Origin: an uncultured Actinomycetota bacterium
Lineage (GTDB): Bacteria > Actinomycetota > Actinomycetes > Propionibacteriales > Nocardioidaceae
Assembly (NCBI GenBank): GCA_963815595.1
Contig: CAWFHA010000007.1
Span: 1,079,121 to 1,143,120, forward strand
Direction: 5' to 3'
DNA: 64,000 nucleotides
Part shown: positions 45,477 through 57,874 of the stretch, piece after piece
Position numbering within the stretch: position 1 is the stretch's first letter
Layout of the letters: each line of letters opens with the position of its first letter
The notes under the pieces: model-generated
The model's input: only the letters and a program-made list of their open reading frames with translations
What the model was told of the DNA's origin: nothing
Database searches by the model: none
Made by a program: the position numbers and the translations under genes

Positions 45477-47369
45477 CTAGGCGAGCGAGACCGGGTCGGG
45501 TCGCGCGGCGTCCTCCTCGAACTGGGTGCGGTAGAGATCGGCGTAGAGCCCACCCTCCGCGAGCAGCTCGGTGTGGGTGCCCCGCTGGACGATGCGACCC
45601 TCGTCGACGACGAGGATCTGGTCGGCGTTGCGGACCGTGGAGAGCCGGTGCGCGATCACCAGGGAGGTGCGGCCCTCGAGGGCCTCGTCGAGCGCCCGCT
45701 GCACGGCGTACTCCGACTCGGAGTCGAGGTGGGCCGTCGCCTCGTCCAGGACGACGATCCCGGGTGCCTTGAGCAGCAGCCGGGCGATCGCCAGCCGCTG
45801 CCGCTCCCCGCCGGAGAGTCGGTAGCCGCGGTCCCCCACGACCGTGTCGAGGCCGTCGGGCATGCCCCGCACCAGCGACGCGATCCGGCTGGACTCCAGC
45901 GCCGCCCAGATCTGCTCGTCGCTGGCGCCCGGCGCGGCGTAGCGCAGGTTCTCCCGGATCGTGTCGTGGAACATGTGCGCGTCCTGGGTGACGTAGCCGA
46001 CGGCGTCCTCCAGCGACTGCAGGCTGACCTCGCGGACGTCGTGGCCGCCCACCCGGACCGCTCCCCCGGTGACGTCGTAGAGCCGCGCCACGAGGTGGGT
46101 GATCGTGGTCTTGCCGGCTCCGGAGGGGCCGACCAGGGCGACCATCTGCCCCGGCTCGGCGCGGAAGCTCACCTGGTGGAGCACGGGGCCGTGCGCGCGG
46201 CTCTCCGCGCGGGCCACGGTCTCCAGGCTGGCCAGCGACACCTCCTCCGCGCGGGGATAGGTGAAGTCGACCCGGTCGAACTCCACCCCGGTGGCCCCGG
46301 GGGGCACGGTGGCGGACGAAGCCTTCTCCACCACGGTGGAGGGCAGGTCGAGCACCTCGAAGACCCGGTCGAAGCTCACCAGGGCCGTCATCACGTCGAC
46401 CCGGACGTTGGAGAGCCCCTGCAGCGGACCGAGGAGCCGGAGCAGCAGCGTGGCCAGGGCGGTGAGCGTGCCGATGGTCAGCGCGCCCTCGATGGCGAGC
46501 GTGCCGCCGATGCCGTAGACCAGGGCGGTGGCCAGCGCCGGGATCAGCATCATCACGGCCATGAAGACCCGGGTGACCAGCGAGATCCGGACGCCCAGGT
46601 CACGGACGACGCCGGCCTTCTCGGCGTACTTGGCGTCCTCCTCCTCACGGCGGCCGAAGAGCTTGAGCAGCAGCGCACCGCCGACGTTGAAGCGCTCGGT
46701 CATCACGTTGCCGAGGTCGGCGTTGCCGTCCATCTGCCGCCGGGTGAGCCCGCTGATCTGACGCCCGACCCAGCGCGAGGCCAGCAGCAGCAGGGGGAAC
46801 AGCGCGAGGCAGGCGAGCGTGACCTGCCACGAGAGGGCGAACATGGTGATGCCGACGACGACCACGCTGATCGAGTTCGACACGGTGCTCGACAGCGTCG
46901 AGGTGAACGCACGCTGCGCCCCGATCACGTCGTTGTTGAGCCGGGAGACCAGCGCGCCGGTCTGGGTGCGGGTGAAGAACGCCAGCGACATCCGCTGCAC
47001 GTGGGCGAAGACCTTGGTCCGCAGGTCGAAGATCAGGCCCTCGCCGATGCGCGAGGACAGGTAGCCCGACGCGACGCTGAGCAGCGCGTCGAGGACCGAC
47101 GTCAGCGCCATCGCCGCGGCCAGCCAGATCACCAGGGAGGCGTCGCCGGCGATGATGCCGTCGTCGAGGAGGTACTTGATCAGCAGCGGGTTGACCACGA
47201 CCAGGCCGGCATCGATGACCACGAAGAACAGGAAGGCCGCGATCAGCGTCCGGTGCGGCAGGGCGAAGCCCACCACCCGGCGCACGGTCTCGCGGCTGAG
47301 CTTCTGCTCGACCACCGAGCGGTCGCGGCGCGCCGACCCGAGCATGGCCCAGGGACCCATGTGGCTCAT
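45477..47369 (-). CDS. ABC exporter (fused TMD + NBD)
   Basis: TGALVSRLNND, GPSGAGKT, LSGGERQR, LDEATAHLD. Confidence 0.92.
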   Translation of the reverse strand: MSHMGPWAMLGSARRDRSVVEQKLSRETVRRVVGFALPHRTLIAAFLFFVVIDAGLVVVNPLLIKYLLDDGIIAGDASLVIWLAAAMALTSVLDALLSVASGYLSSRIGEGLIFDLRTKVFAHVQRMSLAFFTRTQTGALVSRLNNDVIGAQRAFTSTLSSTVSNSISVVVVGITMFALSWQVTLACLALFPLLLLASRWVGRQISGLTRRQMDGNADLGNVMTERFNVGGALLLKLFGRREEEDAKYAEKAGVVRDLGVRISLVTRVFMAVMMLIPALATALVYGIGGTLAIEGALTIGTLTALATLLLRLLGPLQGLSNVRVDVMTALVSFDRVFEVLDLPSTVVEKASSATVPPGATGVEFDRVDFTYPRAEEVSLASLETVARAESRAHGPVLHQVSFRAEPGQMVALVGPSGAGKTTITHLVARLYDVTGGAVRVGGHDVREVSLQSLEDAVGYVTQDAHMFHDTIRENLRYAAPGASDEQIWAALESSRIASLVRGMPDGLDTVVGDRGYRLSGGERQRLAIARLLLKAPGIVVLDEATAHLDSESEYAVQRALDEALEGRTSLVIAHRLSTVRNADQILVVDEGRIVQRGTHTELLAEGGLYADLYRTQFEEDAARPDPVSLA

Positions 47370-47512
47370 CGAGGCCCCTCTCTGCTCGTCCCGGGGTGTC
47401 CCGAGTGCCGGTCCAACGCCCTCAGGGCGCGATTTTGTTCCGCGACGCTGCTCCGAGCGTATCCGCGCGAGGTGACACGGCCGGCGCATCCGACGGTGTT
47501 GACTGGGCGGTG

Positions 47513-47818
47513 ATGACCACCACGACCCGGGCTCCGGGGACACCCACCCGTGCACGAGGACGTCGGCCCCTGCTGTCGCGGCTGGCACTGGTCGTCCTCG
47601 TCGTGGTCGTGGTGTTCTACGCCGCCGGCGGCTGGTACTTCTCCGGGCTGATCCGCGGCGACACCACGGTGCCGATCTCGACGAGTCGTGAGCTGGCCGC
47701 CACCCACCCCGACCTGGTCACCCTGGAGGTGCGACGCGGCGTCGAGCACGTGCGTTCGTGGAACGCCGACCCGGGCGCCTACGACGCCGCCATCGGCGCC
47801 TTGCTCGACCGGCGGTGA
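47513..47818 (+). pseudogene. Probable internally deleted alpha/beta-hydrolase remnant (101 aa, in frame)
   Basis: N-terminal TM plus AGGWYFSG joined directly to GDTTVPISTS...HVRSWNADP; no GxSxG. Confidence 0.5.
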
Positions 47819-47828
47819 ACCGGGGACG

Positions 47829-49427
<1,599 letters not shown>

Positions 49428-49565
49428 GGCAGGCTTTCGCGTCGGGTCGGACGTGGGGGTCGGTGCACGGCGACGTGGGGCCGCTGACCGGAAGGGGTCA
49501 GTCTACGAGCAGGTGACCGTCCAGTAATCACCCGTGTCGAGCCGGCGCCGAGGAGGTGGGCCACA

Positions 49566-50600
49566 ATGACTCGCATGTCTGTGCACACCGAGCCCGCTCT
49601 CTCCGACGCCTCCCAGCTCGACGACCTGCGTGAGCAGGTGCTCGTCCGGGGCGAGGGCCTGACCGAGCAGCAGGTGCTGGCCGTGCTGACCTCGCCCGAC
49701 GAGCTGCTCCCCGACCTGCTCGAGCTGGCCCACGCCGTACGGATGGCGTGGTGCGGCCCCGAGGTCGAGGTCGAGGGGATCGTCTCGCTGAAGACCGGCG
49801 GGTGCCCCGAGGACTGCCACTTCTGCAGCCAGAGCGGCCAGTTCACCTCGCCGGTGCGCTCGGTGTGGCTGAACATCCCCGAGCTGGTCAAGGCGGCCGA
49901 GCAGACCGCGGCCACCGGGGCCAGCGAGTTCTGCATCGTCGCGGCGGTGCGCGGCCCCGACGAGCGCCTGATGAGCCAGATGCGCGAGGGCGTGAAGGCG
50001 ATCAAGGAGGCCGTGGACATCGAGGTCGCCGCCTCCCTGGGCATGCTCAGCCAGGAGCAGGTCGACGACCTGGTCTCGATGGGTGTGCACCGCTACAACC
50101 ACAACCTGGAGACCGCGCGCTCGTACTTCCCGCAGGTGGTCACCACCCACTCCTGGGAGGAGCGCTGGGAGACCTGCGAGATGGTCCGGAGCTCGGGGAT
50201 GGAGCTGTGCTGCGGCTGCCTGGTCGGCATGGGCGAGACCGTGGAGCAGCGGGCCGAGCTGGCTGCCCAGCTCGCCGAGCTCCAGCCCGACGAGGTGCCG
50301 CTGAACTTCCTCAACCCCCGGCCCGGCACGCCGTTCGGCGACCTGCCACTGATGGACAGCAAGGACGCGCTGCGCACGATCGCGGCGTTCCGGCTGGCGA
50401 TGCCGCGCACGATCCTGCGCTACGCCGGCGGCCGCGAGCTGACGCTGGGCGACCTGGGCACCCGCGACGGGCTGCTCGGCGGCATCAACGCCGTGATCGT
50501 GGGCAACTACCTGACCACGCTGGGGCGCGACCCCGAGCAGGACCTCGAGCTCCTCGACGACCTCAAGATGCCGATCAAGGCCCTGAGTGAGCAGATCTGA
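49566..50600 (+). CDS. bioB: Biotin synthase
   Basis: [19 protein letters not shown]; start may be ATG 49575. Confidence 0.96.
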   Translation: MTRMSVHTEPALSDASQLDDLREQVLVRGEGLTEQQVLAVLTSPDELLPDLLELAHAVRMAWCGPEVEVEGIVSLKTGGCPEDCHFCSQSGQFTSPVRSVWLNIPELVKAAEQTAATGASEFCIVAAVRGPDERLMSQMREGVKAIKEAVDIEVAASLGMLSQEQVDDLVSMGVHRYNHNLETARSYFPQVVTTHSWEERWETCEMVRSSGMELCCGCLVGMGETVEQRAELAAQLAELQPDEVPLNFLNPRPGTPFGDLPLMDSKDALRTIAAFRLAMPRTILRYAGGRELTLGDLGTRDGLLGGINAVIVGNYLTTLGRDPEQDLELLDDLKMPIKALSEQI

Positions 50601-50604
50601 GCCG

Positions 50605-50823
50605 ATGACGGTGCCGGACGCGACGGCCCCGCCGTCGTACTGCGGCCACTGCGGGCAGGCGCTCGCCCACGGGGCCGACGGATCCCACCAGTCCTGCGAC
50701 ACCCGGCTCGCGCTCGAGCCGCCGCGCTACTGCGGGCACTGCGGACGGCGGATGAAGGTGCAGGTGACCCCCCGGACCTGGAGTGCCACCTGCGTGGAGC
50801 ACGGGACGCTGAGCGGTGGCTGA
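50605..50823 (+). CDS. bsaP: Biotin synthase auxiliary protein (Rv1590-like)
   Basis: LEPPRYCGHCGRRMKVQV..W.ATC..HG directly after bioB. Confidence 0.8.
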   Translation: MTVPDATAPPSYCGHCGQALAHGADGSHQSCDTRLALEPPRYCGHCGRRMKVQVTPRTWSATCVEHGTLSGG

Positions 50824-52099
50824 CCTGCTCGCGTGGGACCGGGCGCACCTGTGGCACCCGTACTCCTCCGCGACCACCCCGGCCCCCACGCACGAGGTCG
50901 TCTCCGCCTCCGGCGTCCGCCTGCGGATGCGTCGCGGCACGGAGCTGGTCGACGTCGTGGACGCCATGTCGTCGTGGTGGTGCGCGATCCACGGCTACGC
51001 GGTGCCCGAGCTCGACGACGCGGTCCGCGACCAGCTCGGCCGGATGAGCCACGTGATGTTCGGCGGCCTCACCCACGAGCCGGCCGTGGGCCTGGGGCGG
51101 CGGCTGGTGCAGCTCACCGGACTGCCGCAAGTCTTCCTGGCCGACTCGGGGTCGGTCGCGGTGGAGGTGGCCATGAAGATGGTCTGGCAGGCCCAGGCGG
51201 GCACCGGCCGGACCAGGTTCCTCACCGTGCGCGGGGGCTACCACGGCGACACCTTCTCCCCGATGAGCGTGTGCGACCCCGTGGGTGGCATGCACAGCCT
51301 GTACGCCGGGATCGTGCCCGAGCACCTCTTCGCACCCAGGCCGCCCCCGGATGACCACACCGACGACGCGGCTGCCCGGGAGGCGGCCTTCACGGACTGG
51401 GCGGGCGAGGTCGACGGCCTCGTCGCCCGGCACGCCGAGGAGATCGCCGGCGTGGTCGTCGAGCCGCTGCTGCAGGGTGCCGGCGGGATGCGTCCCTGGC
51501 CGGCGCGGTGCGTGGACCACCTGACCCGGGTGGCACGGGCGCACGGCGCCCTGGTCGTCCACGACGAGATCGCCACCGGCTTCTGGCGCACCGGCACCGC
51601 ACTGGCGCAGGACCGGCTGGCCGAGCCGGCCGACATCGTCTGCGTGGGCAAGGCACTGACCGGCGGCTACCTCACCCTGGCCGCCACGCTGTGCACCGCC
51701 GAGGTCGCGGAGCGGGTGAGCCGCTCCCCCGCCGGCGCGATGATGCACGGTCCGACGTTCATGGGCAATCCGCTGGCCTGCGCGGTGGCCAACGCGAGCC
51801 TCGACCTGCTGGCCACCTACGACAACCCCGCCAACCTGCGCCGGATCGAGGCCCGGCTCCGCGAGGGGCTGGCGAGTGCGGCGGACGCGCCGGGGGTGGT
51901 GGACGTGCGCACGTTGGGCGCGGTCGGGGTGGTCGAGTGCGCCGGCCCCGTCGACGTCGTCGAGGTCGTCGAGCGTGCCCTGGACCGGGGCGTGTGGCTC
52001 CGCCCGTTCCGCAACCTCGTCTACACGATGCCGCCGTACGTCACCAGCGACGAGGACCTCGACACGATCTGCGCGACGATCACCGAGGTCGTCCGGTGA
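50816..52099 (+). CDS. bioA: Adenosylmethionine--8-amino-7-oxononanoate aminotransferase
   Basis: LWHPYS, DAMSSWW, YHGDT, DEIATGF, GKALTGG, MPPY. Confidence 0.95.
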   Translation: MADLLAWDRAHLWHPYSSATTPAPTHEVVSASGVRLRMRRGTELVDVVDAMSSWWCAIHGYAVPELDDAVRDQLGRMSHVMFGGLTHEPAVGLGRRLVQLTGLPQVFLADSGSVAVEVAMKMVWQAQAGTGRTRFLTVRGGYHGDTFSPMSVCDPVGGMHSLYAGIVPEHLFAPRPPPDDHTDDAAAREAAFTDWAGEVDGLVARHAEEIAGVVVEPLLQGAGGMRPWPARCVDHLTRVARAHGALVVHDEIATGFWRTGTALAQDRLAEPADIVCVGKALTGGYLTLAATLCTAEVAERVSRSPAGAMMHGPTFMGNPLACAVANASLDLLATYDNPANLRRIEARLREGLASAADAPGVVDVRTLGAVGVVECAGPVDVVEVVERALDRGVWLRPFRNLVYTMPPYVTSDEDLDTICATITEVVR

Positions 52100-53238
52100 G
52101 CCGCTTCGAGGACTGGCTGGCCGAGCAGGCCGCGCAGCGCGAGGCGGCCGGGCTCACCCGCCGCCTGGTCGCCCGGCACCCGGCCGACCCGGTCGTCGAC
52201 CTGGCCGGCAACGACTACCTGGGGCTGGCCCGCCACCCGCGGGTGGTCGAGGGCGCCGTCGCGGCGGCTCGCGAGTACGGCGCCGGGGCCGGCGCCTCCC
52301 GCCTGGTCACCGGCACGCTGCCGGTGCACGAGGAGCTCGAGGAGGCCCTCGCGGCCTTCGCCGGCTTCCCCGCCGCGCTGGTGTTCTCCACCGGCTACCA
52401 CGCCAACCTGGGCACGGTCGCGGCCCTCGCCGACGCCGACACCCTCATCGTCTCCGACGCCCACGTGCACGCCTCGATGGTCGACGCGTGCCGCCTGGCT
52501 CGCGGGGCGGTCCAGGTGGTGCCGCACAACGACGTCGCCGCCGTCGACGCCGCGCTGGCCGGACGCACGCAGACGCGGGCCCTGGTGCTCGTCGAGACCG
52601 TCTACTCCGTGCTCGGGGACGCCGCACCGCTCGCGGACCTGGCCCGGGTGTGTGCCGCCCGGAGCGCCGTGCTGGTGGCCGACGAGGCGCACGGCCTCGG
52701 CGTGGCCGGGAGCGGTGGTCGCGGTCTGGCCCACGCAGCCGGTCTCGGCTCCCGCCCCGACGTGGTGGTCACGCTGACGCTGAGCAAGTCGCTCGGCAGC
52801 CAGGGTGGCGCGGTGCTGTGCTCCGACCCCGTGCGCGAGCACCTGGTCAACCGGGCCAGGCCGTTCGTCTACGACACCGGCCTGGCCCCGGCAGCGACGG
52901 GGGCGGCGCTCGCCGCACTGCGCCTCGTCGACGCGGAGCCCGCGCGGGTCGCCCGTGCCAACGAGGTCGCGGCCGGCCTGGCCCGGGCCTGCTCCGTCGA
53001 CGTGCCCGCGGCCGCCGTGCTGGCCGTGCCGATGCCCGGACCCCGCGAGGCCGTGGCCGCCGTCGAGGAGGCCGCCGGCCGAGGCCTGCGGATCGGCTGC
53101 TTCCGGCCGCCTTCCACCCCCGACGGCGTCTCGAGACTGCGCCTGACCGCACACGCGCAGCTCGAGGATGCCGACCTCGACCGCGCCGCGGCCGTGCTGG
53201 CGGAGCTCGTGGGATCCGTCTCCGGCGGTCCGGGATGA
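52096..53238 (+). CDS. bioF: 8-amino-7-oxononanoate synthase
   Basis: [32 protein letters not shown]. Confidence 0.93.
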   Translation: MSRFEDWLAEQAAQREAAGLTRRLVARHPADPVVDLAGNDYLGLARHPRVVEGAVAAAREYGAGAGASRLVTGTLPVHEELEEALAAFAGFPAALVFSTGYHANLGTVAALADADTLIVSDAHVHASMVDACRLARGAVQVVPHNDVAAVDAALAGRTQTRALVLVETVYSVLGDAAPLADLARVCAARSAVLVADEAHGLGVAGSGGRGLAHAAGLGSRPDVVVTLTLSKSLGSQGGAVLCSDPVREHLVNRARPFVYDTGLAPAATGAALAALRLVDAEPARVARANEVAAGLARACSVDVPAAAVLAVPMPGPREAVAAVEEAAGRGLRIGCFRPPSTPDGVSRLRLTAHAQLEDADLDRAAAVLAELVGSVSGGPG

Positions 53239-53922
53239 GCGTCCTGGCGGTCACCGGGACCGATACCGAGGTGGGCAAGACGGTCGTCACCGCCGCCCTG
53301 GCCGCCGTCGAGCTGTCGCTGGGCCGGAGCGTGGCCGTGCTCAAGCCGGCACAGACCGGGGTCGCTCCCGGGGAGGACGGCGACCTCGCCGAGGTCGGCC
53401 GCCTGGCCGGGGCGGTGTCCCTCCACGAGGGGGTGCGGCTCCCCGACCCGCTGGCACCGGACGCCGCCGCCCGCGTCGCCGGCCTGCCGCTGCCCGGACT
53501 GGCGGAGCAACGGGCGCTGCTGCGCGAGTCTCGAGGCGGCTCACGACGTGACCCTCGTCGAGGGATCGGGCGGGCTCCTGGTGCGGCTCGGCGAGGGCTT
53601 CACCCTGGCCGACGTGGTCGCGCCGTACGCCGTGCGCTGGGTCGTCGTCGCGCGCCCGGGGCTGGGCACCCTGAACCACACCGAGCTGACCGTGGAGGCA
53701 CTGCGCCACCGGGGGCAGGACGTGCTCGGGATCGTGCTCGGGTCCTGGCCGGCCGATCCCGGCCTCGCCGAGCAGCACAACCTGTTGGACCTCCCGCGCG
53801 TCACCGGCGTCCCGCTGCTGGGCCGGATCCCCGCGGGAGCGCCGCACCTGCCGGTGCGGGAGTTCCGTCGGGGTGCTCTCGACTGGCTCGGCGGGCTCGG
53901 CGGGCGCGACGGGGTGGCCTAG
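53235..53922 (+). pseudogene. bioD: Dethiobiotin synthase with a +1 frameshift near 53529 (pseudogene or sequencing error)
   Basis: GTDTEVGKT and KPAQTG in one frame; VEGSGG and GTLNHT in the next; dropping T53529 restores ...[14 protein letters not shown]. Confidence 0.85.
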
Positions 53923-53966
53923 CGCGGCGGCAGCGTACGCCGTGCCGTGCTGCCTACGGTGGGGGG

Positions 53967-54875
53967 ATGGACGCGCTCGTCGACATCGAGGACCTGGTCA
54001 AGACCTTCGGCACGACCCGCGCGCTGGACGGCCTGGACCTGCGGGTGCGCCCTGGCGAGGTGCACGGGTTCCTCGGGCCCAACGGCTCCGGCAAGTCCAC
54101 CACCCTCCGGGTGCTGCTCGGGCTGCTGCGAGCCGACTCGGGGCGCGTGCGGCTGCTGGGCGGGGACCCGTGGCGCGACGCCGCCGCGCTGCACCGGCGG
54201 CTGGCCTACGTACCCGGTGACGTGACCCTGTGGCCGAACCTGACCGGCGGCGAGACCATCGACCTGCTCGGCCGGCTGCGCGGCGGTCTCGACGAGGAGC
54301 GCAGGCGCGACCTGATGGAGGTCTTCGAGCTCGACCCCACCAAGCGTGGCCGGGCCTACTCCAAGGGCAACCGGCAGAAGGTCGCCCTGGTCGCCGCGCT
54401 GGCTAGCCGCACCGAGCTGCTGCTGCTCGACGAGCCCACGTCCGGTCTCGACCCGATCATGGAGAGCCGCTTCCAGGTCTGCGTGCAGCGCTACCGCGAG
54501 CAGGGCGGCACCGTGCTGCTCTCCAGCCACATCCTCGCGGAGGTGGAGAGCCTGTGCGACCGGGTCACCATCGTGCGCGCCGGCCGGGTGGTGGAGGCGG
54601 GGACGCTGGACGACCTGCGGCACCTGACCCGCACCTCGCTGCGCGCGGAGGTCGCCCGTCCCGTGACCGGACTCGAACAGGTGGCGGGCGTGCACGACCT
54701 GGTCCTCGAGGGCACGCGGGTCTCGTGCGAGGTGGACACGGTGCAGCTCGACGAGGTGCTGCGCCGGCTCTCCGCCTCCGGGGTCCGGTCGCTGACCAGT
54801 CAGCCGCCCACGCTGGAGGAGCTGTTCCTGCGCCACTACGGGGACCAGGCCGAGCCGGAGCGGGAGGCTCGGTGA
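53967..54875 (+). CDS. ABC-2 type exporter ATP-binding subunit
   Basis: [26 protein letters not shown]. Confidence 0.92.
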   Translation: MDALVDIEDLVKTFGTTRALDGLDLRVRPGEVHGFLGPNGSGKSTTLRVLLGLLRADSGRVRLLGGDPWRDAAALHRRLAYVPGDVTLWPNLTGGETIDLLGRLRGGLDEERRRDLMEVFELDPTKRGRAYSKGNRQKVALVAALASRTELLLLDEPTSGLDPIMESRFQVCVQRYREQGGTVLLSSHILAEVESLCDRVTIVRAGRVVEAGTLDDLRHLTRTSLRAEVARPVTGLEQVAGVHDLVLEGTRVSCEVDTVQLDEVLRRLSASGVRSLTSQPPTLEELFLRHYGDQAEPEREAR

Positions 54876-56452
54876 GCGGCCTCGAGGTGTTCGTGCGCGC
54901 GTTCCTGCGCCGGGACCGGTGGCTGGTGCTGTGGTTCACGGTGGGGACCACGGTCCTGTACTGGTCGCAGGCGGTCAGCGTCGACGGGCTCTACGCCACC
55001 CGAGCGGCCTTCGAGGAGGCGGCGGCCCTCATGGGGAGCAACCCGGCCTTCGTCGCCATGGCCGGTCCCGCACGGGCCCTCGACACGACCGGTGGCCAGG
55101 TGGCGTGGCAGGCCACGGCCTTCGGCGCCGTCGTGGTGGGCCTGATGAGCATGTTCCTCGTGGGCCGGCACACCCGCGCCGAGGAGGAGTCCGGCCGCGA
55201 CGAGCTGCTGCGGGCCGGCGCCGTGTCGCGGCGTACCCCCATGACCGCCGCGGTGGTCGTGGTGGTCCTCGCCAACCTGGTCGTCGGCGCTGCCGTGACG
55301 GCCAGCCTGGTGCTCTACGGCCTCGCGGCCGAGGGCGCCCTGGTCCTCGGTGCCGGGCTCGCCGGCTGCGGACTGGCGTTCGGGGCGGTCGCGCTGCTGG
55401 CGGCCCAGGTCACCGGCAGCAACCGGGCGTCGTACGGGATCACCGGGGCGTGCCTGGGGCTCGCGTACGGTCTGCGCGCGGTCGGCGACGTCTCCGGTGG
55501 CGGCCTGTCCTGGCTCTCGCCGATCGGCTGGTACCAGGCCATGCGCGCCTACTCCGGCGAGCGCTGGAGTCCGCTGCTCCTGCTCCTCCTCCTGTCCGTC
55601 CTGGCGACCCTCGCGGCGTACGCCGCCTTCGGCCGGCGCGACTTCGGGGCCGGGCTGTGGCCGACCCGGCCGGGACCGGAACGGGCCTCGCTCGCACTGG
55701 GACACCCGCTCGGCCTGTGGTGGCGGCTCCAGCGGGGATCGGTGGCCGGCTGGGTGGCGGGGATGCTGCTCGCCGGTGCCTCCTACGGGTCGATCGGTGA
55801 CCAGGTCCGCAGTCTCCTCGGCGACGGCGGGCTGTCGCAGGAGCTGTTCACCGGCGGGGCCGGCGGTGACCTCGTCGACGGCTTCTACGCCACCGCGGCG
55901 GCCATGCTGGCGCTGATCGCGTCGGGGTTCTCGGTCTCCTCGGCGCTGCGACCCCGCACGGAGGAGGACGAGGGACGTCTCGAGGCGCTGGCCGGCACGG
56001 CGATGCCGCGCTCGCGCTGGTGGCTCACCCAGGTGCTCCTCACCGTGGTCGGCACCCTCGGCGTGCTCGTCGCGGCGGGAGCAGGCATGGCACTCGGCTT
56101 CGGGCTCACCACCGGCGGGTGGAGCCGCGCCGGGGACCTGCTCCTGGCCTTGCTCGTGCTGGCCCCCGGCGTCCTCGTGCTGAGCGGACTGGCGCGCGTG
56201 CTGGTCGGTGCCGTCCCCCGGTGGGCGTCCTTCGCCTGGCTCGGCGTGCTCTTCTGCGTGGTGGTGCTCCTCTTCGGCTCCGCGCTCCGCTTCCCCGGCT
56301 GGGTCGTCGACCTCTCCCCGTTCACGCACCTGGGTCGCTATCCGGCCGAGCCGGTGCCGTGGGCCGGGGTCGTGCTGGTGCTGCTCGCCGCAGCCGCGCT
56401 CAGTGCGGCGGGATGGGCGGGCTTCCGCCGCCGGGACCTGCTGACCCGCTAG
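54872..56452 (+). CDS. ABC-2 exporter permease (about 526 aa, TnrB3/NarB-like architecture)
   Basis: Duplicated TM halves with [12 protein letters not shown] and [12 protein letters not shown]; family assignment tentative. Confidence 0.8.
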   Translation: MSGLEVFVRAFLRRDRWLVLWFTVGTTVLYWSQAVSVDGLYATRAAFEEAAALMGSNPAFVAMAGPARALDTTGGQVAWQATAFGAVVVGLMSMFLVGRHTRAEEESGRDELLRAGAVSRRTPMTAAVVVVVLANLVVGAAVTASLVLYGLAAEGALVLGAGLAGCGLAFGAVALLAAQVTGSNRASYGITGACLGLAYGLRAVGDVSGGGLSWLSPIGWYQAMRAYSGERWSPLLLLLLLSVLATLAAYAAFGRRDFGAGLWPTRPGPERASLALGHPLGLWWRLQRGSVAGWVAGMLLAGASYGSIGDQVRSLLGDGGLSQELFTGGAGGDLVDGFYATAAAMLALIASGFSVSSALRPRTEEDEGRLEALAGTAMPRSRWWLTQVLLTVVGTLGVLVAAGAGMALGFGLTTGGWSRAGDLLLALLVLAPGVLVLSGLARVLVGAVPRWASFAWLGVLFCVVVLLFGSALRFPGWVVDLSPFTHLGRYPAEPVPWAGVVLVLLAAAALSAAGWAGFRRRDLLTR

Positions 56453-56453
56453 C

Positions 56454-57083
56454 TCAAGGGCTGGTGGCCGAGCCAGTCGTCGGCGTGGGCTGGGCGTCGA
56501 TGCTCTCCAGGTCCTGCGGGGAGTAGCAGACCCTGGTCAGCGCCTGGAACGGCTTCACGTACCCCTCGCCCATCCGCGCCAGGGTCGAGCTGTAGGTGCG
56601 CATGGCGCGGGCCTGCGCCGGGCGGCGGTCGCTGTCGATGCCGGCCAGCACGACCTCCACCCGACCTCCGAACCCGGCCAAGGTGTCGGCGGCCTCGCCG
56701 AGGCTGCGCACGCAGTCCGGCGGGAAGTCTCGAGCGGCCAGCGTGTTGAGCTGCGCCGCCAGCGCCTGCAGGGACTGTTGCAGGGGGTCCAGCAGGCCGT
56801 GGAAGCAGGCGCGCCACGCAGGGTAGCCCTTCGACCGCGTGCGGTTGCACTTCGCGAGCTGGGCGGGCGCCTGGGCGCGGACCATCGAGGACTGGACCGG
56901 AGCGGCGGCCTCGTTGATGGCGGTGGAGTCCGACTCGGCGAAGAAGACGGCCTCCGGGGTCGATGCGGGTGAGGCGCTCCGAGCGGACGTGCGCGGCTCC
57001 GCCGACCCGGCGTCGGACCCGCACCCCGTCGCGGACAGCAGGCCGAGGACGAGACAGCCGGCCATCGTGACGAGTCGGTACAT
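56454..57083 (-). CDS. Hypothetical lipoprotein
   Basis: MYRLVTMAGCLVLGLLSATG-C lipobox, Ser/Ala/Pro linker, helical body with 4 Cys. Confidence 0.65.
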   Translation of the reverse strand: MYRLVTMAGCLVLGLLSATGCGSDAGSAEPRTSARSASPASTPEAVFFAESDSTAINEAAAPVQSSMVRAQAPAQLAKCNRTRSKGYPAWRACFHGLLDPLQQSLQALAAQLNTLAARDFPPDCVRSLGEAADTLAGFGGRVEVVLAGIDSDRRPAQARAMRTYSSTLARMGEGYVKPFQALTRVCYSPQDLESIDAQPTPTTGSATSP

Positions 57084-57259
57084 GTGCGAAAGGTGGGGTC
57101 CGGTGCGGGTCGACGTCAAGCCCGGAGGCCGGACCACGCTCATCGGCCCGGGGTCGTCTAGAACAGTGCCCGGCCGGCCTGACCGGACTGGCTAGCATCC
57201 GGAGGGCACAGGCGTCGATCGGACGCGGTTCGAGCAGCGGACGTGTCAGGGGGCCGAGC

Positions 57260-57874
57260 ATGCAGCGGCACGTGTGGCACGTCGAGGCGCCGCCGGGCCG
57301 CGAGGCCGGTCCCGGTGCGGGCGTCCGACCGCTGTCGTCCGGACCCGGCGCGGCGTCCGACGCCGCCCTGCTCCAGGGCTGCCGGGACGGGGAGGCCGAG
57401 GCGTGGGACGCCCTGGTCGGCCGTTACCAGGGACTCGTGTTCGGCGTGGCGCGACATGCGGGTGTCTCCCGCGACGAGGCCGCCGACATCACCCAGACGA
57501 CGTTCGTCGCGCTGCTCGACACGATCGACACCCTGCGTGCCGACGAGCGGCTCGCGGGCTGGCTGATCACCGTCGCCCGACGCGCGGCGTGGCAGGCACG
57601 GCGCCAGCACGAGCGCACCCAGGTGGTCGTACCGGCGCAGGAGGTCACGGACCCGATCGAGGACTGGGAGCAGGTCGCCTGGATGCACGAGTGTCTCCAG
57701 AGCCTGGCGGCTCCGTGCCGCGAGCTGCTGACCGCGCTCTACCTCGATCCGAGGACCCCGTCGTACAGCGAGGTGGCCGCCCGCACCCGGCGAGCGATCG
57801 GCACCATCGGGCCGATGCGCGCCCGGTGCCTGGAACGGTTGCGGGCCATCATGACCGACGGTGCCGAGCCTTGA
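57260..57874 (+). CDS. ECF sigma factor
   Basis: SDAALL..C..G...AWDALVGRY, LAGWLITVARR, SYSEVA, GTIGPMRARCLERLR. Confidence 0.92.
   Translation: MQRHVWHVEAPPGREAGPGAGVRPLSSGPGAASDAALLQGCRDGEAEAWDALVGRYQGLVFGVARHAGVSRDEAADITQTTFVALLDTIDTLRADERLAGWLITVARRAAWQARRQHERTQVVVPAQEVTDPIEDWEQVAWMHECLQSLAAPCRELLTALYLDPRTPSYSEVAARTRRAIGTIGPMRARCLERLRAIMTDGAEP

Noticed and set aside
49428-49565. BioQ or BirA operator upstream of bioB, and an attenuator uORF upstream of the ABC-F gene
   Set aside because: No TGAAC-N3-GTTCA-like site and no credible short ORF; only a small CTGACC/GGTCAG hairpin.
53967-56452. Calling the ABC-2 pair an ionophore-resistance determinant
   Set aside because: The architecture is similar to TnrB/NarAB, but such pairs are common and the substrate cannot be read from sequence.
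57260-57874. Phosphorylation-activated ECF (EcfP-type)
   Set aside because: Region 2 retains acidic DEAAD residues and no Ser/Thr kinase is adjacent.
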